DNA of 63,392 nt, counting the filler, from Welwitschia mirabilis (lineage: Eukaryota): assembly GCA_051453625.1 (NCBI GenBank). It is 4 parts of one record of this genome, joined end to end, with 100 filler letters (N's around TTAATTAATTAA, not from the genome) between each part and the next. Parts side by side here need not be neighbours in the genome. Positions count along the whole stretch, not along the records: positions 46,650 to 61,045 come from JBOZIK010000001.1; positions 61,146 to 63,392 come from JBOZIK010000001.1; 2 more parts are not named here. The stretch is one strand, 5' to 3'. A program made the translations under genes and the position numbers. Below, one piece after another: positions 54,177-63,392 of this stretch; position 1 is the first letter of the stretch; each line of letters starts with the position of its first letter. The notes below the pieces were generated by a model that ran no database searches, had not been told where the DNA came from, and worked only from the letters and a program-made list of their open reading frames with translations.

Positions 54177-55443
54177 CCTCATCTACACATAATAAACTAT
54201 AGTTCGGTAACTGACTCAAGAGCAGGAAAAGAAGAAGGAGGATGATCAGGATTCATTGGAAGATGAACATCTAGAGATGTAATAATAGATCTGACTATTT
54301 CAAAATCCTAGATATGAATTAACTATGGAGTATCTATAGTTACACTCTACTCAATAAAGATAATGTGTTGGTGCATATCCATCATCTAATCCTATGTGTG
54401 CTATAATCTCCTTTCAATGGATAGGATCCACTTCTTAACTCTCTTCTCAAAGGTCTAGATCCTCTGATTGAGTGCCTAGATACTTGTGTTAGTGAAACCT
54501 TTAATAGTTTCAGTGGTCTTAGTCAGGAGAGCCTAAATCTTCTTTAGGAAAGCTCCAACCATAGGTCTCTATACCTAATGTCTCTTTATCTCTCCTGATA
54601 TCTATATGCCCATATCCTATAAGTGGCAAGTAGAAGTCTAAATGGGAGAGACGCATTACTCATGTATGAGCTTTGGTATCCTAAATAATCTGAAAAGAGT
54701 AGAGAGGAGGCATAAATATCTAAGTGTTTGTAAGTATCATGCTTTTATCATGAACCTGAGTCTTCTTCAAATAAAAGTGGACAAGTCAATATGCTTTCTT
54801 TCATAAAAATCTATTAGAATCTATAAATGTGCCATTATAGCATGATTATCATAAAATAATAAACTAATGTTATAAATCAGTCCTCTCTATAAAATTCTGT
54901 AGTTGGGGTTAGCTGGATAACATTTATCCCCCATTAATTTGTGGTCAAATTAGATGGGATGTCTAATATAGTATCGTATGCTTAATACTTCTCTATTCCA
55001 TTAGTTAAATGGATGTGCACTCTCAATCCTGTCAAGATTTGTGATGATTACTATGTGGGATGAATGTATGACTATCTCATGATCTTGTATAAAGGTAACT
55101 ATCATGGCTTGAAGCTGACTATGAACATCATATTGCCTCTTTATATGTATGGTATCATAGAATTCTCTCATCTCTAATGTATAATAAAAAATATCGACAT
55201 CTATGATCCATTAGAGTTATAAATATATTAATATCTGATCTACCTCTAGCTTTATATGGTGTATAAAGTCTTTAAAATATCACTCAATATGGATACTAGC
55301 AGTCTAAATGCTAAAGAATTATCCATGTCGAGGTGGCAGATGCATGAGCTATGTACACTTTATCTCTGGCTTAACCAAATGGATCATCTTCGACTCTATA
55401 AGCTTAGTAGTAGCCTTGGCCTATCTAACTCTATGTGTACATG
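54177..55443 (-). pseudogene. Degenerate Athila ORF2 (env-like)
   Basis: ATG at 55443, WIIDVDIFYYTLEMR (55166-55210), proline-rich C-terminus near 54210-54260. Same position as the ORF2 at 12100-13351. Confidence 0.6.
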
Positions 55444-56314
55444 ATCTAGTTAATTGGAAACACAAAATCATCATGCAAAATAGATAGAGTAATCAAAACA
55501 TTACATGGATGCATAATAATAACTTCTATAATTGATGAAAAACAAGCAAAAATACTAAAAATATGTCTAAGAGAAAAATTGAGATAAATGTGAAAGTGTG
55601 AAAAGTGAATGTCTAGTAGGCCTTATATGAAGTAAAAATTTGAAGTGCTCAAATGAAAAATCTAATCTAGCAAAGTCGTAGAACATGTCAAACTGATCAA
55701 TTTTGCCTAAAGGACTACTACAATTTAATCTATAATTTATGAGAAAATGAGTGTGAAAGGTGAAAACCTAAAAATTCCTCATAATATAAAAACATGATCA
55801 TAACTTGAAAAATACATGATGTGATTCAAATCCATAAGTCTCAAAATCTAGAATGTAAAAAATTAAATGATATATGTGAAAACTACATGTCAAAGGATTG
55901 AAAAAGGACTAAAAAAATGAAACATAAGAGGAGAAAGAAACATACCTCATTTTTGCAAGTTTGATGAAATCTCATGAATTTGATAATGAAGTTGAGCAGG
56001 ACAAGTCCTTAAATATTGGTGCTAGTAGAGGTATTATTGTATCTCAAAGGAATAAATAAAAACCATGAGAAAACAAGTAAAAATGAGGAAAAAGAATTTG
56101 GGCCATGGTTTTAATGCACTGTCATCTGGTTACATTGTCTAAATAACAGCCCTAAGATGATTCTTAGAAAAAAAGACTATTATCTACCTAGTGTTATCTA
56201 GACAACTAGATGAACAACTAGGAATCAAAAATATTTTTAGAAAAAATGGTTAACCAAAAAAGTTAAGTTCAGATATGATCATTTAAGTGACAGTTCTAAA
56301 AAGAAAAAGATAGA

Positions 56315-57562
56315 TGTTACAATGCCAATTTATAGGAATTTGATGATGTATTTTAAGTGCTTTTGCAAAATATCTACACATGTTTAGATGTAATACTAAT
56401 GACTATGGAGATCTAATAATATGATTAATAAAACATGTGATTCTTAGCATATTTGGCTATTTCTTAGACTTATTCCAATACTACATATTTGGAAGAAGAC
56501 TTCATGATATATAAAACTGGTTTACCTTTGAGATTGAAGATAAGAAAGGTTGTTATCCCCTATTTCATCTCCATGACATGCAGGATAATAGCACTATTGA
56601 CATGGACAAAAGCTATGGGGTTAACAGTAAGGCATGAAGATATTTGATATAGAATGACATCCCCCATATTATTCCAATGACATAGGATAATAGCTATTTT
56701 TGTATGATCAGAAAGAAATATCTGTGTAATGGGGTTAAGTAAACCATGTAGGCTATTAGGATTTGTTTTCTAACTTCTAGGGTTTAGTTTCTAGGACTTT
56801 AATGTAAACTATAAAAATCCTTTCCGTCCTTCAATTCTATTTCCATCTTTTATACTTGATATACTTATGACAAAAGATTGAAAGATAAGAGATTCATCTA
56901 GAGCTATGGGAAGGAGTTCCCTTGGTGTTAGGCTGAGTCTCTTCCATTAAGGTGTTGTTATTCTATTTTATAAGTGGATGTTAAGTTCTTGAGTTAATTC
57001 AAATACTATTTTTAATTAATATAGTTACTATTTCATTTCCATTTGATATGTTCCTTATGGTTTACATTGATCATAGTTTAAAGTAATAACTTTATGATTT
57101 ATCTAGATTATAAGGCAATCTTTTTTAAGGTTGACTTTGTCTAGTATTATATTTACATTCCTTTTTCATTTAGTTTACTTTGCATTTTATAGTTTACTTG
57201 GCAGATCTCATAGTTTATATTGATTTAGAACTAGTTGAATGCTCTTCTTAATTAATCTAAGTTATAGAGAAGCTAGTCTTTATAACAGAAGGATTAGAAA
57301 CTAAGAGAATTCATTCCATATTCATTTGCATTTCATTTTCATTCCTTAAATTACATTTACTTATTTATTTAATTTTATTTTTTATAAGATAAAAGATAAA
57401 AAAATATTGAAATTCAATTCTCTAACTCTTAGCCTAGTGCATTCATTGGAATTACGACATTCAGGTAATCTCTCATCTATAATAGTGTGTGTTTTCTACA
57501 ATTTATTTGATTTATAAATTTACCTAAAGAACTTTAGGATTGCATAAAATCACACTGTAACA
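56315..57562 (+). mobile_element. 5' LTR of Athila-like element F (1248 bp)
   Basis: tgttaca...tgtaaca inverted termini, TATA-like ctataaaaa (~56809), PBS tggcagcattaccaagaa at 57566-57583. Confidence 0.9.
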
Positions 57563-58117
57563 TTTTGGCAGCATTACCAAGAAAGGCCATAAGGAGCTGG
57601 AGAATTATCATTAACTAGATAAGTGCCTTGAATCTTTTTGTTCCTATTATTTATTTGAATTAATGTTGTAATTGTAGTATAGTTTAAAGTAGGTTTATTT
57701 TCATGTAATTTTATTTTATATAATTTTTCTTAAGGACCTTGTCATTTTCTCTGTTGTCCTAATGACATTAGGCATGATAGTTTTAAAATTTTGAAGCTAG
57801 TTTCTATTTTAACAAATTTTCTTTTATTTTTCAGTAATAAAATTATCATTGTCTTTGTCATCTCCATGACAAGTAGAATGATAGTCTTGTTATTTTTGTG
57901 AATTTCACAATTTTATTCTTTCCAAGTTTAAATAAATTATCATCCATCCTATTATCTCCACTATAGTCTTAATGATAGTTTGGTTTTCTTCTATTAGTGA
58001 ATTTTTGTAGTTTCAAAATTCTGTTACTGTGATCATCGTCCTTTCTATTATTCCCATGACTAGGAAGATGATATTCTATTATTTTTTCTTTCAGTTTTTT
58101 GTTTATTGATTAAGCAT

Positions 58118-61045
58118 GTATGGACATGATGAATTCTAGTAAAAAAATAAAATATTAGAAAGAATGATGCCTAATCAAAGAAACATTAGAGAAGTTTGAC
58201 TTTGTACTAAATCAGGTATAAACACCCTAAGTATACAAATTACCAAAATTAAAGAAGAAGATTTTTTTGGTTTTGCAAAACAAAATTACAATGTAGAAGT
58301 AGATCATATTGTTTCTTCAAATATGTCAAACATATCAAAATTGTCATAAAAACAAAAGCAAGTTGCTTCATATAATACTTCAATCATAATAGGAACTTTT
58401 TCCTCAAATTTAAACATTACTCTTAGGGATTTAATTGCAAATAGAAAATGTAAAATTTAAAATCCCTTTGATTTACCTCCTAAAGATGATGTGGAATTAA
58501 GAAATTTAACTGATTATCTAACTTTTTCAGTGGGACTAGAGGAAGCTCCATTTTAACATTTAACTGACATTGAATAACTTGTACTTATTTTCAGAAAAAG
58601 AAAGAAATTTATTAGTGACCATACTTATATGATTATTTTTTCAGTTATAGTTAGAGGAAGAGAAAAAGTTTGTCTTAAAACTATTCCATATAAAATTCTT
58701 GAATCTTAGAGTCAAGTATAAGAAGTATTTATTAAACAATTTTTAAGTGAGAGTTTAATGAGGAAGAGAAGAAAAGAAGCAACCAACTTTTAACAAAAAC
58801 CTTATGAGGATTATGTAATATCATATGAACATTTTATAATCACTAGCCATTGCAACCCTGTTGATGAATTTCATAAAGAAGAGCTAATAGATTATTTTTA
58901 CAATAGATTGAATGCTTTAAAAAATCAATTAGTAGATTTTTCTTGTGGAGGAAACTTATTAAATTTAGGCTTAGATGATTCTTGAAGTCTGTTATAAAAC
59001 TTGACAGAAATAAGTCAAACTTGACCTAAATCCACTAGAGAAACTTACATAGTAGATAAAATTTTAGAAGACTTAAAAGAAGTAAAACATGTTAAAGAAG
59101 AAGAAAGAGAGGACTCAACCAATCTGATGAAAATTTTTATTACTACTTTAGAAAAGTACACACAAATAATAATTTATGTAAAGATAGTAAGAAATGAAAA
59201 CCCCACTTCAAATTGTGAAATTTGTAAAGATGACACTTATCCAACAAAAGAATGTTCCTTATTACTAACTTGTGAGGAAAGAATCTTTGAGGAAGTGTGT
59301 AGCTTTANNNNNNNNNNNNNNNNNNNNNNNNNNNNNNNNNNNNNNNNNNNNNNNNNNNNNNNNNNNNNNNNNNNNNNNNNNNNNNNNNNNNNNNNNNNNN
59401 NNNNNNNNNNNNNNNNNNNNNNNNNNNNNNNNNNNNNNNNNNNNNNNNNNNNNNNNNNNNNNNNNNNNNNNNNNNNNNNNNNNNNNNNNNNNNNNNNNNN
59501 NNNNNNNNNNNNNNNNNNNNNNNNNNNNNNNNNNNNNNNNNNNNNNNNNNNNNNNNNNNNNNNNNNNNNNNNNNNNNNNNNNNNNNNNNNNNNNNNNNNN
59601 NNNNNNNNNNNNNNNNNNNNNNNNNNNNNNNNNNNNNNNNNNNNNNNNNNNNNNAAAGAATGTTCCTTATTACTAACTTATGAGGAAAGAATCTTTGAGG
59701 AAGTGTGTACCTTTAACCAAAAGACATTTAATTTTAAAATTCAATCACAATTTCAACAAAGATTAGGTGGGCTATCTCAAGAATTCCAACTTTTAACCTA
59801 GTTTTTACAAAATTATAATGATCCACTTAGATAATCTATAAAAGAGATGAGAAAAATCTAAGAGAAAACTAATAACAACATTGAGAAGACCAATAGAAAT
59901 ATTGAAAACTCAGTAAATGTGCTTCAACAAATAATGCTTACCAATCAAAGACCTTAAGGTTCTCTTGCATCTCAACCAATTCCCAATCTAAATGAAGTTA
60001 CGAGAGATTTAAAAATAGTAACAAGAAGTGAACAAAGATAAAATACCTCCTATTCATGAGGTTTCAACTTCTAAAAGTAATGAAATAAGTGACAAATATG
60101 ATGTGGAAATTCTAGTTTCATACAACCTTCCATCAACATCACTTACTAAGGTCTTTACTAAAAATATTTTATAAGGAAATAAAGAAAAGAAATGATATAC
60201 TTCTTATCTTGATAGATTAAATATGAATCCTACTTTTGATGAACACTTAAAAGCTTTAATACAAGAAAATCCTAAATATTCTAATTTATGAAATGATTTA
60301 TTAAAAATAAAGCAAAAATGTATCATTCCTAATAAAGTTTTTCTTACCCAATCTATTTCTAACTTAGTCATTAAAAAAGTCCTAAATTCAAAGACCCTAG
60401 AGCTTTAACTATGAGTATTATCTTAGAAGAAAACAAAAGAATTTAAAAAGATTTTATTGATATAGGAGTAAGTGTAATAATTATTCCTCTCAAAATATGT
60501 AAAATATTTCGATTATAAAATAGAGTTAAACCTACATCGATCATTTTGAAATTAGCTAATACCTCAATCAAGAAATCATTAGGAATTATCAAAGACCTAA
60601 TTATCCAAATTCAAGAAAATTTTATCCATTAATGTTGTTATAATTGAGATAGAACATGATGAATGATATCCACTAATTTTAGAAAAATCCTTTTGTGCAA
60701 CTACCCATTGAATCATTGACACTTGATCTAGGATGATGAGATACCATTTTAACAATAAACAAATTACCATTAGAGTTTTTGATGCTATTAAAAAAAACAT
60801 AGGAACTAAGTTTAACTTTAAATTGAATTAAGACCAACTTATTTTTATAAAATCTATTAATCTAAAAGAGATTAATCATGCTACATAAACCAACTTTGTA
60901 TGATGACCCCACTAAAACAAACTATCTTAAGTCTGAGGATGAATAACACATAGACTGGGAAGAAACTCAACATCTTTATTTAGTAGAAAAACTTTTCGAG
61001 GCATGTTGATCCATTTCTATTGTTCCCACAATAGATGGGATGATA
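58118..61045 (+). pseudogene. Degenerate Athila gag-protease (element F)
   Basis: LVDFSCGGNLL gag motif (~58930), knuckle CEICKDDTYPTKEC (59213-59254, H>Y), PKFKDPRAL..IDIGVSV and YPLILEKSF protease motifs. Cut by the linker gap. Confidence 0.88.
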
Positions 61046-61145
61046 NNNNNNNNNNNNNNNNNNNNNNNNNNNNNNNNNNNNNNNNNNNNTTAATTAATTA
61101 ANNNNNNNNNNNNNNNNNNNNNNNNNNNNNNNNNNNNNNNNNNNN

Positions 61146-63296
61146 TGACCAAAAAAATATCTTTTTCTAGATAAGCTTGTTATTTGAATAGGTCAAACCA
61201 AATTCATGTAAATTAAATCTAAAAGATTACTAGTATTGATATTACTTATTCTTTTATGAGAAGCTCAGGTTTATTTTCCCTTTTTGGCAAGCATCACATA
61301 AGTCTTTGTGAGTGATAGAAAGTTTTAAAAGACCTCTAACAAGCTCATCACAACATATTTTCTTTAGATTCTCATAGCTAATGTAACCTAAATGTTGATG
61401 TAGAGAACATCCTCATGAACATGAGAAGAAAAACAAATAGAATTACTTGACTGATTTACATAATAAAAATTTTTATGTCTTGTTGATAGTAATAATAGCT
61501 AATTAATTTGAACATGTTTGACTATACACTTATTTTTATTAAAGCATACTTTATGACCCTTATATTTAACTTATACTTAACAAATTACACTTAAAACCAT
61601 TCACAAATGATACATTATAAATATTTAGCGAATTACCTCCACTGATGCTTCCAATTCTTGCAATTTGAGCTCTTCCATTATTGTTAAAAAACACTTCTTC
61701 TCCATCATATTTATTAAAGTTTATGACTTTGAACATGTCACCAGTCATATGTCTAGAAAAACCACTATCAAGATACCAAAAAGAATGATTAATTGCTTTT
61801 AAAGATGTTTTAATTAATAGACTTTTGTTTAAGGATTTTGAAATCCACTTCACGCATTTGTTTTTTATTGTATTTTGATTGAATTTTGGAGAAAAAGTAA
61901 TTTAGAACCTAGTACAAAATGGGAAAACCACCTTTTACAAAAAAGATAATCAATCTTTGAATGTCTCTTATTATTGCAATAATGATAGATAATATTAACT
62001 AATTAGTATTTAGAATTTTTTTAATTTAAGGGTTTGAGAGAAATGATATGATTTGACTAAGTATGAAGGAAGCTTATAAAACCTTTATTTATTAAAATTC
62101 CTTTAGACAGTTGATTTTAACTTAAGTTCATTTTTTAAAACTCTAATTTCTCTTTCTTTATCTTCTAATTTTTCTAAGAGAGTTTTGTTTTCTTTCTTAA
62201 CATTGTTAAAACTGAGTGATAGATTTTGACATTCCATATATAGTTATACTTTTATTTCACTGAGTAAATATTCATTATCAAAGGAATCAATAGTAGGTGT
62301 GGATCATACCTTTTCATCCACTGAATCTGGATTTGATTTTCTTTCACTTTCTTCATCATTCCATCTTGCTAATAGAACTTTTTTTCTTTTCCATTATCTT
62401 TCTTTTTATTGTTTAGGAAGACATTGGACATGTGATAGAAACCCTTACAAGAATAGCATTAGATATCTCATCGTCCTTCTTATTTTCTTTTTGGCAATTA
62501 AACTTCATTTTGTTTTCTTTGCATAAAGTATCTAAATCTTCTGGCTAGAAGAGCCACTTCATTCTTGATTTATAGTTCTTACTAAGATCCTTTTTTGATG
62601 TCGATATTTTCATAAGCAGTTGTCAATACTATACTTTTCTTCTTATTCTTTTAAAATTTTAGTTCAAATGTGTGAAGTTTTCCTTAGAGCTCATCCATCT
62701 TTATCATATTTAGGTCCTTGCTTTCTTTGGTGGTAGTTACTATAGACTCGAATCTCTTAGGAAGGGATCTTAATGCCTTGCATACTACTCTTGACTCCTT
62801 GATGAGTTCACCTAAGTCATGCATATAATTGATAATATGTATTATTTTTGTAAAAAAATCAATTATAGCTTCATCCTCTTCCATTTTAAGATCTTTGAAC
62901 TAAGTAATGAGCATCTAAAGCTTAGTCTACTTTATCAGGCTTGTTTCTTTATGAGCATTCTGCAAAATACCTCATGCTTTCTTAGCTGTGATGCATTTTA
63001 CTACTTGTCTAAAATCTTCCAGGTCTATTACATAGAAGATTGCATTCAACTCTTTAAAGTTACATGATATTGTCATCTTTTCATCTGGTGTCCACTTGTC
63101 TTTGCTCTTTAAAGATGTTAGCTTGGTTTTTGAATTTTACACAGTAGGAAGATAATATTCATTAGTAATAGATTCCTATATTTCAAGGTTTATAGATTAC
63201 AAAAAGATCCTCATATTCACCTTTCAATAACCATAGTTGGTTCCATTAAAGAAGGGAGAACTTGTAATAGAATTTTCTTCCTATGGTTGACTTATT
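61146..63296 (-). pseudogene. Copia/Sirevirus gag-protease-preintegrase (SIRE-4, same family as SIRE-3)
   Basis: ENSITSSPFFNGTNYGY*K, KALRSLPKRFESIVT, WYLDSGFSRHMTGD, and LCDACQKGK (~61276-61302). Confidence 0.93.
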
Positions 63297-63345
63297 TTCT
63301 GGGGTGGATGGAGTAGAGATCTATTAGGATCTATTGCTCAACCTT

Positions 63346-63392
63346 GCTCTAATATTAATTGAAGTATGGATTAATCCTAGAGGGAGGTGAAT
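63346..63392 (-). mobile_element. PBS (63346-63357) and U5 end of SIRE-4 5' LTR (63360 to the window edge)
   Basis: Minus strand attcacctccctctagg...cttca-at-taatattagagc, parallel to 45775-45821. Confidence 0.85.

Noticed and set aside
1..61045. Large inverted segmental duplication between the window ends (1-4252 vs 56315-61045)
   Set aside because: The two are the same TE family, but the outer flanks differ (copia pol vs Athila internal region) and the copies are diverged, so they are independent insertions.
1..63392. Fungal RIP as the cause of the AT richness
   Set aside because: The elements are plant lineages (Athila, Sirevirus), and methylcytosine deamination is sufficient to explain the pattern.

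Overview
Very AT-rich, CpG-depleted plant-type heterochromatin made almost entirely of decayed, nested LTR retrotransposons: Ty3/gypsy Athila-like elements (Asp-type PBS, ~1.1-1.25 kb LTRs) and Ty1/copia Sirevirus-like elements (Met-type PBS, ATTCACCCCCCTCT U5 motif, env-like ORF2). I see no intact host gene, RNA gene or CRISPR array. Every retroelement reading frame is broken by stops or frameshifts. LTR termini, PBS/PPT and three target-site duplications (TATAC, GAGAT, TTAAC/TTAAT) support a nest up to about six layers deep over 4-40 kb. The nest includes a probable three-LTR tandem non-autonomous Athila. Several N-gaps are assembly artefacts (N44-TTAATTAATTAA-N44 linkers, duplicated gap flanks). 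I cannot support a wholly new biological system. The best leads are covarying RNA stem-loops in non-coding parts of the elements, dispersed family-specific palindromes paired with an ORF2 motif shared by gypsy and copia, and a fold-back rewrite of an LTR/PBS junction. All calls were made by eye, and boundaries lacking a terminus or TSD are approximate.
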